From Adineta vaga (taxonomy: Eukaryota > Animalia > Rotifera), in assembly GCA_021613535.1 (NCBI GenBank), contig CP075495.1, forward strand, positions 15,872,001 to 15,936,000: 64,000 nucleotides of DNA. The letters are read 5' to 3'. Both the position numbers and the translations under genes were made by a program. A model generated the notes under the pieces. The model made no database searches, was not told the DNA's origin, and worked only from the letters and a program-made list of their open reading frames with translations. Positions 1-13,119 of the stretch are shown in pieces; within the stretch, counting starts at the first letter, position 1; every line of letters begins with the position of its first letter.

Positions 1-1094
1 TCCAGTACTTGTCCTTGCTGGTGTTGTTCTTATAATTTTATTTATAAGAACATACATTAGTTTCGTACCATGACTTGTTAACGTTTCTTATTTATTTCGA
101 CTTTTTATCAATATATTTTTTTCTCTCTTTTTAGGAAGACATTTATTTCCGCTAAGAAACATGTCGGATATAAAGAACAAAACCGATGAGTTTTAGATTA
201 GTTGTTTTCATATCGAGCACAAAAAATACAAGAGAGAACAAAAGTAATATTGGTTCGTATTGAAAAGAAATTTTATTTGAGAGAATAAAATCTTTATAAA
301 TAATAATATCTATTCATAACAATTATATCTGATAATAATCTATCGATTGAATTCTCAGACGAGTTGAAATCAAATTAGAGTTTCGTTCATACGAATTTAG
401 AATTAGTATCAGGAAATGTTTATTGAATGAAAATAGCAGCACAATTTCAGTTGATGGTGAACTGTTATTAGACGCGAATTCATATAAGATTAGTTTCATA
501 ATATAGGTTATGATTATTTTAACCGATTTCAATCTATTATTATCTTTCTAATTTGATCTTATTTCTTTATCAAAACATACACCTATCTGAAACATTGAGT
601 TCGATTTCCATAAGAATATGTGATCACCATAAGATAATTATATAGTTATCTTCTATAAGAATTAATCGAAACTTCTTTCATTTAATGACAATCAACATCA
701 ATTATATTAATCAGTTCAGAATATATATTACAAAATCCAAATAATAAATTATGTTTGAAATGAAATATTTTTGTTCTTTTAGTAGAAAGATTATTTTCAC
801 TTGTACTCAACAACATTGGTATAAATTTGTTTTCAAATAGTCTATCGAGAAGAATTGCTCTTCTATCAAATAAATCATATAGATTTGTATTCTTTTTGTT
901 ATAAATATTCATTTAATTCTTAACTAAATCCATATGGGAATAGGATTCGACACGATTAATATATCTCGACCTGATATGATTTGTCCACTTGAATTCAAGG
1001 ACTTCAAACAAGCTGGTCTAGTTTATATTGTTATACATAAGCCACAAGAAGAAGAAGACAACACATGTGAAATCGAAAAATAAAGACACTTTTC

Positions 1095-1340
1095 TCTGGC
1101 CATCGGATCTCACGAGATCTGGCTGAAAAGATGGGGGAAAATCGCCGGAAATCTTTGGGACATGAAATCAGTATTCCGACCGAAAACTGTCCCCATTTTT
1201 CCCCGTGGATTTCTGGCAACTTCCTGTGGTTTTCGACAGGAATTAACTAGAAAAATTTCCAGCCAGAATACTGCTTCTATGAAATTCTGGGTGGATGTGA
1301 GTAACAACGGTCTCTTGTATTCACACCCATACCCACACCC
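1095..1340. repeat. GC-richer interspersed repeat/MITE-like insertion ending in a (CCCACA)-like tract
   Basis: Abrupt GC increase. Internal inverted match between catgaaatcagtattccg (1161) and agaatactgcttctatg (~1266). Ends in cacccatacccacaccc (1324-1340), directly abutting the REase-like coding sequence. Confidence 0.45.
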
Positions 1341-1887
1341 TCAAAAATTATTTGATCGATTAGTTGAGCGGCTTATATCAGAAGATTTTCCAGAAGCAAC
1401 GATTGCTCCATTGAATGAATCAGTTGTCACAGATTATGTCGGACAGGTTTTGGCAACGATGATTGCTTATATTAGCAGTACGACGGAACATCGTGTTTTA
1501 AAATTAAGACGAGAGAAGCAAATCATCAGCAAGGATGAAGAATTTGGTGGAAATATGGAATTCATGGTAAATCAACTGATTAATGTTAACAACATTCGTT
1601 ATGTTATTGGCGTTGTAATAAAAAGTGATTCATTTGGAAAAGGACTCACTCAACTATTATTGGCAATGAAATCAATGTGGGAAGTGAATAAAGATCAAAA
1701 GATGGTGTATGGATTTGTAACAACAGCAATTCAGTGGCAATTAGTGACATTTGATGGTCAAACATGGAAATTATCACGACTATCTATTGTTTTATTCGGG
1801 AATATGGAGAAATACGAAACTGAATGGTTAAAAAAGAATACACAAATATTAGATGTCATTTACAGTATCTTGTCATTATTTTATTGA
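1341..1887 (+). pseudogene. 5'-truncated PD-(D/E)xK (REase-fold, Crinkler-like) nuclease domain
   Basis: GNMEF...YVIGVVIKSD..GKGLTQLLLAM..MWEVN....VYGFVTTAIQWQLVTFDG matches the REase/CRN C-terminal pattern. ExK reads VxK. The N-terminus of the computed ORF 1162..1887 comes from the repeat. Confidence 0.55.
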
Positions 1888-3312
1888 AGAAATATTAAAG
1901 AACTTGTATAAATATTAAGTAATTGTGTTTTGTTTAGTAGTTGATGTAGAAAGAATGAATAACTTAATCAAAGATGATCAGATAAAAAATGATCTAATTA
2001 AATAATAAGTAAAAATAAATTTCTCTGAAAAAAAAACTTGTTCTATGAAAGTTTTAAAAAAAGGAATCTGTTAGTTTTTGTTAAATCTTTTTTTTTATCA
2101 AATTTTTCGGCTAATGGAGAAAGAATCGATTTTTTGCAAGAGTTTTCATTATAAAGCCAATGTATGATAATGAATTGAGAGATATTATCTTTGCAATAAT
2201 ATAAAACTTGATGATTATTTATATCGAGATTTTAATATAAACAAATACATATATCCTGATGAATATTAATAAATGTATCGACATTCTGTAAAAAATTCTA
2301 TCAGGAATCTTTTATTGAAAGAACTTTTTCTATTAAACATTGAAATTTATTTAAAATATTGATTCTTTCATTTATTATTATGGATCAAATATTATATTTC
2401 GAAAATAATTGTTAATTATGATACAAGAAGATTCGATAAATTTCTAGTAGATTTTAATCATTCACTTAATGAACACTTTTCTCGATACTTTTATGCAACA
2501 TATATTCGTGTGATGAATATATATGTCTTATGTATATTGAATGAACAATCGATACATTGTCAGAGTTATCGACCAACAGATATATTGAGCACTGATTATA
2601 TAAACGACCTCTACAACTAAAATGACAATTTTAATGGAATAAAAGCATCAGCAATGAGTGTTATTTTTCGTTGTGATTAATGAGAGAAGATCAAACGTAT
2701 AAACAATATTTGACGTTCGATCATTTCATTTAAGAGAAGTTCCGTTACCAAAAATTTTTACTTTTTCAAATAAAGTAGCTAGAACGAAAGAACATAAAAA
2801 TTACTTATAAATTCAAATTTTTAGCAATTTTGGCCAAAGACTTCTGGTACTTTGGTTATCCGAAAATCTTATAGCTCTTAACACCATCAATAATATGTCA
2901 AAAAGCATATGATTTTTCGAGCGTCTAGAGAAAACTTTATATGACCTTAAAGAGCATGAAAAGGCGAATCTTTTGATAAAAAAAATTCCTTCTAAAATAC
3001 TCACACAGTTCCGAAAATCGTGTGGGTGTAGGTGATGGTCATGATGATCATTATATCGTTAGAAAGATATTGGAAGAGAAATCTACGAAATACGTGAATG
3101 CATTATTTTAGACAAGACGATAAACGAATTTTGATAATCTCAAGTAGTCAATAAAGTTGTTTTGAAATATTTTCTTTTTAAAAAAAAGTTAATCGGATTT
3201 AAAAGATAAAGATTTTTTTTTGTAATATTATTTTAATGATAAAATGATATGTTATCAGATAGAATAGAGAAAAGAAAACGAAATCTTTTCTTTTCAAATA
3301 AAATCTTAGAAT

Positions 3313-4964
3313 ATGTTAAAACGTAAGTAAAAAAATAATTTGAAAAATGAAAATAAAATTTTATTTTAGATTTGTTTTCAATAATAATTATTATTTTAAT
3401 TTGTTTTAAAAGAATATCTTTGGAGAAAATCTTATATCAATGTACATTTGATAAAGAAAAAGATTGTTATTTACGTTCATTTGATGGTCAAGATGAAATG
3501 ATTGTTTCTTCTTCTTCTTTAATTAATCAAAATATATCATTTGATAAACCAAATCAACCTTGGTCTGATGTTTCATCAATATGTAATTCTTAAAAAAAGT
3601 ATTTTAATCTAAAATTTTCTTTTTCTTTTAGTTAAATTAACAAAAAATGGTTATCAATGTCAAATTCCATATCGAATTAATTCAAATATAAATGATTTAT
3701 ATTTTTGTTATAATTCATCAAATGAAATGAAATGTTTAATTAATAATTCATTTGAAGATCAATGTCAACAAGGTTTTTCTTTAAATTTTATTTTTTATAA
3801 AAAAGCGAATTCTTTTATCTTTTTTTAAAAAGGTAAATATCAATTATTATTACTTAATAATTCTCAAGATCGTCAATTTATAACACCAATAATTGAAAAT
3901 TCATCAACTAATCTAAGTTGTATTTCATTTTATTATTATTTAACAAAATTTGATACAATTATTTTATTTGTTAATTATTTTAATGAAAAAACAAATGAAA
4001 GTAAATTAATAAGTGGATTTGTTGATCAAAAAATCAATGGATGGAATTTAGCTAAAGGAGAATTTCAAACAAATTTATCATCATATCAAGTTTATTTTAA
4101 TTGAAAAATTTATTTTAAAATATTTCTTTTTCTTTAGATTATTTTTCAAATTTATCGTGCTGATATGACAAATCTTGATCAATCATTTTATATTGCTCTT
4201 GATCATATAACAATTACAGAAGGAAATTGTGGTAATTGAACTTTTGTTTTTTTCTTCTTCTTCTCATTTTTCTTTATATTTTCTTTTAAAAGAAGGATTA
4301 ATATTTCCATTATTTGAAAATGAAACAGAATTAGTAAGAAGAAATGAAATTATTTTCATTTAATTTTTCTCTTCAAAGTTTCCAACACGATCATTATTTG
4401 ATTCTTCAACAATGTTTTCAAAAAGTCTTGATCTAACAACATCTAATATGGTTATATCTTCTACAAATACAAATGAATATTCTTCAGAAACTTCAACTTT
4501 AAAGATTTTAACAATAACAACTGAAAAAAATACTTTTCAAACAGCAACAACAAATCAAAGAACTTCAATTGAATATCAAAGTTTATTTTTTGATTGATTT
4601 TAGAAAAATATCTTTTCTTTTTCAATTAATATAGATCAAACAATAACAACAGAAAAATCTCCATATCAATGTAAATCGTTTTGTTTTGTTTTGAATATCA
4701 ATAGAAAGTTTTATTTTTTTCTTTAAAAATTTAGATAGTTTAAAAACAATTCTTGGTTTATCAATTGGTTTAGGAATTCCAGCAGCAATTGGAATAATTC
4801 TTTCATCAATTTATCTTATTCAATTTATTAAAAAACGAAAAAGTCGAATTATTTCAATAAAACAAACAAATATTCCTTTAAAAAAACCTTCTCATCGTCA
4901 TCATCATCGACATCATCAGAAAACAAAAAAGAAAACTCATAGAAAAAGAGATGATTTTGTTTAA
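3313..4964 (+). CDS. Type I membrane protein with MAM-like domain and S/T stalk (multi-exon)
   Basis: ATG 3313, intron to 3369, then a hydrophobic signal and CTFD. LSCISFYYYL...GWNLAKGEF...FYIALDHITITEGNC is a MAM signature. S/T-rich exon 4380-4580, TM TILGLSIGLGIPAAIGIILSSIYLI, basic His-rich tail, TAA 4962-4964. Confidence 0.75.
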
Positions 4965-5628
4965 TTAATCTTTCATTTTTTAAAATACATAAGCATACGC
5001 GTTGTCGTCTAGTTATCTTCATTAACTCTATCAACGGAGTAGTGTAGAAATCGTTAATTTGATTCGAATTTTAAACTTTCAGTTTAGAATTCGAGTACTC
5101 GAGTTTTAGACTGCTCAATTCCTTAACAATTCTATCTAGAAAATATTTCATTTCATAAAAGAATTGACGAATTATAAATGTTGTTGTGTATTGATAATTC
5201 CAATATGAATATACATTTACTTCACAAAGGTTCAATAAATAAATACAAAACGTATTGGTAAAATTATTTCTGGATTTTTCTTGAGGATCGGTGATCTTAC
5301 TACCATTCTATACATAAATCTCACGCAGACTCTGATCTTTGGCAATGTGTCATGCTAGATTTTCATCAATTCAGAAATATTTATTTAAATAAAAGAAATT
5401 TCTAAGACATAGTGCGCGAGTGTGTTATATATTTGTGAGAGATAAATAATTTATCGATTAGAAATGAATTTATAATCTCTAAAATATAAAATAATTTCAC
5501 AATAGAAATATTTTTATAAATTAGTTTAAAAATTGTGTATCATCAATTTATTTTATTGAATTATTTCAATAAAAAAAAATGTTTTTATTCAAACCTTTGA
5601 AAATAAATAAACGCATAAAAGAATATAT

Positions 5629-8600
5629 TTATTTAGATAAAATAAAATATTTTTTAAAAAAATGAATAATTAAAATAAAAATTAATGTTGAAAATAAATA
5701 ATCAGGAATTTGAACTAAAAATCTTAATAAAACTTGATAATCTTTATAAAATTTTGCTATTGGATGAAGTCCATTAGAAAGATTTTCATAAGGAATATAA
5801 TTTGTTCCATAAAACCATCGACTTAAACGATAATATAAACGAATTGGAAAAAAAACAAATTGAACTGTTTTTGATGAAACTTTATAACTAAAGAAAAAAA
5901 ATATTTTTTTTTAAAAAAAAGTAAAATAAAGAATAATAACCTATCAGAAAAAACTGATGTTGAAATATTATTAACTGTTAAATAACCAGTTAATGTTAAT
6001 GGAGAATAAAAACCAATTTTTGTATTTAATGAAATATTTTTAATTGAAATTTGTTTATTATTCATTAATAAATAATATTCATGTTTAACTAATGATGAAC
6101 GAATTATTTTGATTTTATTTTCTTTTTTATCATAGATTGGAATATTATGACGATCAGTTAAACTTATTTCATTTCCATCAATTGTTTTAAATGTATAAAA
6201 TAAAGCTTTATTTTTTTTAAATAAATTTATTTATATTTTAATTAATTATAAAATTTATTTTAAAATTACCTGAAATATTTGGTCCATTGTGCATCATTAA
6301 AATAATTTCATCTTCAATTAAAGATTTACCATCTGAACTTATTGTCCAAATACGATCACCAATTTTTAAAGATTCTATTGAACGTTCATTTCCATTTATT
6401 AATTGAACTTTATCTTTACCATAATAACAAGAATTTGCTTTAAATACGAAATAAATAAATATCTCAAATTCTTTTTAAAGAAAATATTTTCATTTTTGCT
6501 ATACATACATGATTGACATTGTGCACCTTTCCAACTTGATGTACATGCACAAACTCCTGGTGATGTACATGTACCTCCATTGATACATGCTGGATTACAA
6601 ACAGCTTCAATAAAATTAAAAAGGAGATTATTTGTGTTTGATTACAAGTTTCATACATACGTGTTGTACATCTTGAACCAGTCCAGCTTGCTGTACAAGA
6701 ACAAGATCCAGGTGATGTACATGTACCACTATTAGAACAGACTGGAGAGCAAACAGCTACAAAACAAAACACAAACAATGATTAATATCCAACATGAAAT
6801 ATTCTTTAGTCTATAAAGAAAACAAATTATACGTACGTGTTGTACATGTTGCTCCACTCCATTGTGCTGTACATGAACAGCTTCCTGGAGAATTACAGGT
6901 ACCACCATTTTGACAAACTGGTAAACAAGCAGCTAAATAACAAAAATTTGTACATCATATTAGGAACGTGACCAGAATAAAAAATGGAACGACGTAAGAC
7001 GAATAGCTCCTACTATACTTTCACATTGAGAACAAAAGGATTTCAATTTCTATAACGACCTTTTAATGTTCTCATAGATTTCGTAAGTAATTGTGAAAAC
7101 ATAAAAAATTCAAAAACGACAAGAAATTTTTTCAAAGTCTTCTTACTCTTGTATGAATTTTCTTAGCCAATATTCAACTCGTTAAAAAACATAAAAACAT
7201 TTCGCGTTTCAGTATCAAATAGAGATGATATTGAAATACACATTATTAGTTAACATATCATATGATTCAAATAATAGAACTTTGTCTCTCGTACACAAAT
7301 ATTCCTATGTTGAATGAACTCAAATGAGTTGATTCATTATGATTATAACTTTTTACCAATATTCGGCACTCATTACTATGCGCCCCAGATAAAGCAATTC
7401 GTTGAAAAAGTACAATCACTTACTAGTTGTGGTAGTTGTGCTCGTACTCGTACTTGTCGTTCGGCTTGTAGTTGTGGTGCTTGTTGTACTTGTCGTTCGG
7501 CTTGTTGTTGTGGTGCTTGTTGTACTTGTCGTTCGGCTTGTTGTTGAAGTACTTGTGGTGCTGGTACTTGATGTACTTGTCGTTCGGCTTGTAGTTGTGG
7601 TGCTTGTTGTGCTTGTGCTGGTGCTACTGGTGCTTGATGTACTTGTAGTCGCGCTTGTAGAGGTAGTGCTTGTTGTACTGCTACTGGTACTACTAGTACT
7701 TGAGGTACTCGTCGTCGCGCTTGTAGAGGTGGTGCTTGTTGTGCTGGTACTTGTGGTACTGGTACTTGTCGTGGCGCTTGTAGAGGTGGTACTTGTTGTA
7801 CTGGTGCTGGTGCTACTGGTGCTTGAGGTACTGGTCGTCGCACTTGTAGAGGTGGTGCTTGTGGTACTGGTACTTGTCGTGGCGCTTGTAGAGGTGGTAC
7901 TTGTTGTACTGGTGCTGGTGCTACTGGTACTTGAGGTACTCGTCGTCGCGCTTGTAGAGGTGGTGCTTGTTGTGCTGGTACTTGTGGTACTGGTGCTTGA
8001 GGTACTTGTCGTCGCGCTTGTAGAGGTGGTACTTGTTGTACTGGTGCTTGAGGTACTTGTCGTCGCGCTTGTAGAGGTGGTACTTGTTGTACTGGTGCTG
8101 GTGCTACTGGTGCTTGAGGTACTGGTCGTCGCACTTGTAGAGGTGGTGCTTGTGGTACTGGTACTTGTGGTACTGGTACTTGTCGTGGCGCTTGTAGAGG
8201 TGGTACTTGTTGTACTGGTGCTGGTGCTACTGGTACTTGAGGTACTCGTCGTCGCGCTTGTAGAGGAGGTGCTTGTTGTGCTGGTACTTGTGGTACTGGT
8301 GCTACTGGTGCTTGATGTACTTGTCGTCGCGCTTGTGGAGGTGGTGCTCGATGTGCTCGTGGTCTCCGTAGTAGTTGTGGTACTGGTTGTCGCGGTTGTG
8401 GAAGTCGTGCTCGTTGTACTAGTACTTGATGTGCTTGTAGTTTCAGTCGTTGTGCTGGTACTTGAGGTACTCGTAGTTTCAGTCGTAGTTGTGGTACTAG
8501 TGCTGGTGGTACTCGTGGTGCTGGTAGTTTCAGTCGTGGTAGCACTTGAGGTACTGGTCGTTTCCGTAGTAGTGGTGGTACTTGTAGTTTCAGTTGTGGT

Positions 8601-9250
8601 TGTAGTACTAACTGTTGATCCTGTAGCGGCTAGCCGTAATGTCGATAATGTTGTAGTTGATGCTGAATAGAATATAATATTAATAAAATTGAATTGATGA
8701 AGATAAAACAACTAGTTCTTAAGAGTATCAGATCTTATTTTGATATGAATTTTGTTGAAGTATTAGTTTTCGAATATAATTATTTGATGAAATCAATAAA
8801 AACGAATTATTTATATTGTTACTGTATTAGTTTAAAAGATATTCATATAAAAATAGATCATACTTTGTTGACTGAAATAGACAGCTGGTCCAACAATAGC
8901 TGCTGCAGCAGCTAATGCAATGAACGATGTAATAAGAATCTTCAAAGGTAAAGAACATTTCGAAGCACTGTTAGTTGTTGAACTAAATAAAGGAAAAGAT
9001 ATAAGAATTTATATTCAAGTAAAAAAGAAGAAAAGAAACTTATTTACATTGAACTTGGTATAGTTGGTACTGATCCTAAATTAATATTTAAATTTGGATT
9101 TTTTTGAGAAGATAAACGATTGTTATTAAGAATTCTATTTGTAGAATTTCGTTTTGGTTTTGTATTTGAATAATCATTCTTAACTCTTTGTGGAACTTCA
9201 GTTGGTGGAAGTTCCAAATGAGGTATTTCGAAAGCAATTGTTTCAAGCAT
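5629..9250 (-). CDS. Signal-anchor + S/T mucin stalk + 3 EGF + Hog (Hint + SRR-like) domain protein with C-terminal hydrophobic segment
   Basis: Spliced by hand. ATG 9250; TM LKILITSFIALAAAAAIVGPAVYF (~8950-8880); S/T exon ~8662-7423; EGF exons ~6932-6838, ~6756-6661, ~6604-6510. Hint starts SNS|CYYGKDKV (Cys 6429-6427), then IESLKIGDRI, SLTDRH (TxxH), GFYSPLTLTGYLTVNNISTSVFS, FPIRLYY...GLHP. TAA 5631-5629. Confidence 0.85.
7423..8610 (-). repeat. Coding tandem repeat (TSATTSTSSTSSTSTSTTST variants)
   Basis: Recurring acaagcgcgacgacaagtacc-type units of variable length (~16-22 codons), GC-richer than flanking exons. Confidence 0.9.
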
Positions 9251-11615
9251 AAAATAAAATAATTTTATGAAAATGTAAAATATGTCATTTCGATATTTGA
9301 TTTTTGTCGACGCAATAAAATAATGATTTTATTTCTTCTTTTTTTCTCGTATATTTGTATTTGAAATGAAAGTGATTTACTTAGTCTATGTAAATCAAAA
9401 GTAATGAACATGTCAATAAAAAATAACAAAAATTTGAGTTGATTCAATGTTTATATTTGAAAGTAACATCAATGAAAGTTGCCTGAGTAGAAAACGAATT
9501 TGTCACTAAGTTTAATAAATAAAAATCACGCCATTACATTAAAAAGAAAGTTGTAGACGCCCTTGTAATACTTGTAAATGGATGGAAGAAGAATTTGAAT
9601 TGTCAATTATGATTGTTTTTTTTATTTCCTAAAAGAAGTGAAATTTTTCTTTTTGTTCAAATAACATCTTCAATAACACACATCAATCAAATGCTTTATA
9701 AGATTTCATTAAAAAAAACGATTTTTCAAAATTCTTTTTAAAATGAAAATAAACTTTGATAATATTAATAAAAATCTTTTATGAAAATGAAACTAATTAT
9801 ATTTCGTGAAAATTTCATTTTATATTTAATATTTTAAAAGAACAAAGAAAAGAGAATTGATTACGTGTCTTTTTTTCTTATATGAAATTGATAAATATAA
9901 AACATATCTAAATCATTTTTGTTTTTTTAAGAAAAGAGCCGAATCAAATGAATAATCTTGAATCAACAATTGAAAATTCCAATGAAATAAATAAAGATAT
10001 CTTCTCCATTTATATTATTATCATTAATATTTCATTCGTTACGAATTATTTTTAGTAATATGTTATTTAATTTCGTTTTTTTTTCATTTGATTTAGAACA
10101 AATCTATTATATGTTTTGGAAACAATATTTCATAAAGAAAAATATCTTTCAAATGAACAACAATGTATTATAATAAAGGAAAAGGTTCGATTTTCTTCTT
10201 CTTCTTTATTTTCAATTGGAATTTGTAGAATTCAATTAAAATCATTTAATTCTTATCAAACTATATGATTTATTTAATTAAAGAAGAAAAAAAAAACAAT
10301 GATTTTATCATAATAATTGAAATTTGTTTTATTAATTATTTTATTTTTAGGTAAAGTCTTTTTATCAATAACACGATGTGAAGCTTTATTTGCTTATTTA
10401 GATAAAAAGAAAAAAAAAAGAAGTTTTATCCAGGACATTTTAGTTTATGATCTGTATTCGTTTAAGTTGGTTTTGTATTGTTTTTTATCTATGTTATTAC
10501 AAATTATTTAGGACAAGTTGAACTTCTTATTCATTATCTAGAATCAATTGAAAGTCCGTTAGAATTTTAATTTTAATTTAATATCTTTTCTTTTGATTTA
10601 TTACATTTAACAAATGTATATGGATTAACTGTTTGTAATATTATAGTTTTATAACAATAATTCTTATCAAAACAATTTGGAAAAAATCTTGCTTTTATAT
10701 AATTTTTTTAAAATTATTGATTCTTTATTTTGAACTACAAATCTTATGAAATTTATTGAAGATTTATTTATTTTTATTAGTTTTATGAACAATAAAGATT
10801 AAAAATATATTTACGTGTTCATTTAACAATAATAGTTTCATTAAATTAATTTCCAATATGAGATTTAGATTAATATTACAACGTTCAACAATCAATTTTG
10901 ATATTCAAATTAAATTTATTTATTTCTTTTTCATAAAAAAAAGATAAAATTCATCTAGTTTGTAATCATTTTAATCTTTTAACAAATATTTTATTATCAT
11001 CAATATCAAGTTAAATTGATTTAAATTAATTAGAAAAATTCAAGTTAAATAAATGTTACAACATTTATTACTTATTTTTTAACACATAATTCTCGTCAAA
11101 CTTCAAATATTTTTGAAAATTATTTTCGTTTATATTACGAAATCTTTTACAAATGATAATATTTCTTCGTATTCAATATGATCAAATCCTATTTATATTA
11201 TGTGAAAAACATATATCATCAACAATATTTATTTATGCTGAAACAAAGAAAAAAATTTGTTTATAAAGAATTTATCAAATTGCAATAACATTAAATAAAA
11301 ATGAAATGATAATTATTTTTCTAAAAGATTATAAATCTTTAGATTTAACACAATGATTTCTTTATTTTAATTCAATTCAAAAAAGTTTAGTTCCCAAGAG
11401 AATCAATTATCTATGTAAAAATAAATAACAAAAAAAAATACAATTCAAATTGGAATTATTATTGAAAATATATAAAACACGTGTGTTTTTTAAAATGTTT
11501 AATGATAAAGATAAAAGAAAAGAATGTGAATATAAGTTCTTATCGATTCTATTGTATTATAAAATATATGGTGTGATATATATATATATATATTTGTTAA
11601 AGAAAAAAAAAAAGA

Positions 11616-12488
11616 ATGTTATGTGAAATAAGTTTATATTTTGGTAATAATTTTTTATTAATATGGATTATTTTAAGTTTAATTGCATTTATTTTAATAA
11701 TGATATTATCATCAATAATATTTTATTATTCATATGTTAAAATAACTTATTTAAAATGGTTACAAAAATCTAATCCAAAATATCCAAATCCTGAAAATAT
11801 TCGAATGGAAATAATATTAATGTTAAAAGGAATTTTATCAGGAACATTTTGTCCATCAATGACTTTATATTTAATATCAAAAAATAAAACGAAAGGTTAT
11901 TGTGGAATTGATCAATATGGTTGGAATTATTTAATCTTTTCGTTTTTTCTTAGTTGGATATTCGTTGATTTTTTTGAATTTTATTATCATAGATTAGGAC
12001 ATACAATAAATCAATTATGGAATATTCATAAGTCTCATCATCAATTTTATAATCCATCACCATTTTCTGTTATTGCTGAAGATTATATTGATCAAATAAT
12101 AGGTTCATCACCATTATTATTAATTCCAATTCTTATTCCAATTAATATTGATTTACTTTTTTTTCAATTTTCAATATTTTTTTATGGTTATGGTATTTAT
12201 CTTCATTGGGGATATGAATTTTCTTATCCTGATGCACATCATTGGTTATTAAATACATCATATCAACATTATTTACATCATGCTGTATCAACTAAAAATC
12301 GTCCATATCATACAGGATTTTTTTTTAAAATTTGGGATCAATTATTTGGAAGTATTTATCCAGTTGAAAAATGTTCTTGTGTTAAATGTCAATTTAAACA
12401 AGGAAAAAGAACTTTTGAAGAATTTCAAAAAATTGAAAAACCTGACTATTCTATTTTATTAAATTATCATTTTTGGATTCGAAAATAA
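11616..12488 (+). CDS. Fatty acid hydroxylase / sterol C5-desaturase (ERG3/lathosterol oxidase-like), intronless
   Basis: His boxes HRLGH, HKSHH, HWG and HYLHH, plus the TG.FF.IWD.LFG motif and several TM segments. Confidence 0.85.
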   Translation: MLCEISLYFGNNFLLIWIILSLIAFILIMILSSIIFYYSYVKITYLKWLQKSNPKYPNPENIRMEIILMLKGILSGTFCPSMTLYLISKNKTKGYCGIDQYGWNYLIFSFFLSWIFVDFFEFYYHRLGHTINQLWNIHKSHHQFYNPSPFSVIAEDYIDQIIGSSPLLLIPILIPINIDLLFFQFSIFFYGYGIYLHWGYEFSYPDAHHWLLNTSYQHYLHHAVSTKNRPYHTGFFFKIWDQLFGSIYPVEKCSCVKCQFKQGKRTFEEFQKIEKPDYSILLNYHFWIRK

Positions 12489-13119
12489 CTATTTTCTTTT
12501 TTTTTTACAATGAATTTTTATCGACAAGACTATTCTTATTTTTATTCTTATCATTTTCTTAACTAAAATTTATTAAAATCATTCAAATTCTTATTATCTA
12601 TCTATCTATCATAAACTGTCTATAATGTGATAATTATAGAATAGAAATGAAGATTTAGTTGTTTTTGTTATAAGTTCAAAAATAAATTGTCAAAAAGATA
12701 ACTATAATTTGAAGATAAGAGAGGAATAGATTTATTTAAAATTCTAATTGATATGTATATAGATATATTTATATTTATATTTGAATTTGAATTAGATATC
12801 TATATTCAAAAAAATAAATAAAAATATTTTCATAATATTATTTGAAAATAAAAAATAGGGATTTTCTTATTTTGTCTTATTAAGGATAAAAAAAATGTTT
12901 TTTGTTAATTTAAAGATTAAACTAAATAAAAGATTTTAAATCTTTTATTTGATTTTATGGTTCAAATTTTGTTTTCTCTAAATAAATCTTAATCGATTCT
13001 ATTGAAATTTTTTAAAAGAAGAAAACAAAATAAAATTCTTTTCTAAATAAATCAATCGAATATATAAATTCTCAAATTTTATTCATTCTTAAGATAAAGA
13101 AGAAAATTCTTAGCTGAAA

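Noticed and set aside
983-1003. Hairpin gtcc-acttgaattcaag-gac sharing the TTGAATTCAA palindrome with 19121
   Set aside because: No hammerhead core boxes in the correct arrangement, and a 10-bp AT-rich palindrome is expected by chance.
5940-6437. True protein-splicing intein
   Set aside because: No His-Asn/Cys splice junction or C-extein. The downstream sequence is SRR-like, so it is a Hog-type Hint.
7402-8670. 422-aa poly-Val/Leu ORF (+) and 389-aa P/Q/V ORF (-, 7376..8545)
   Set aside because: Shadow frames of the S/T repeat exon. Only the S/T frame splices in phase with the flanking TM and EGF exons.
9947-11360. Possible multi-exon gene between the Hog and desaturase genes
   Set aside because: Coding-like patches exist, but frames break repeatedly and no family could be recognised.
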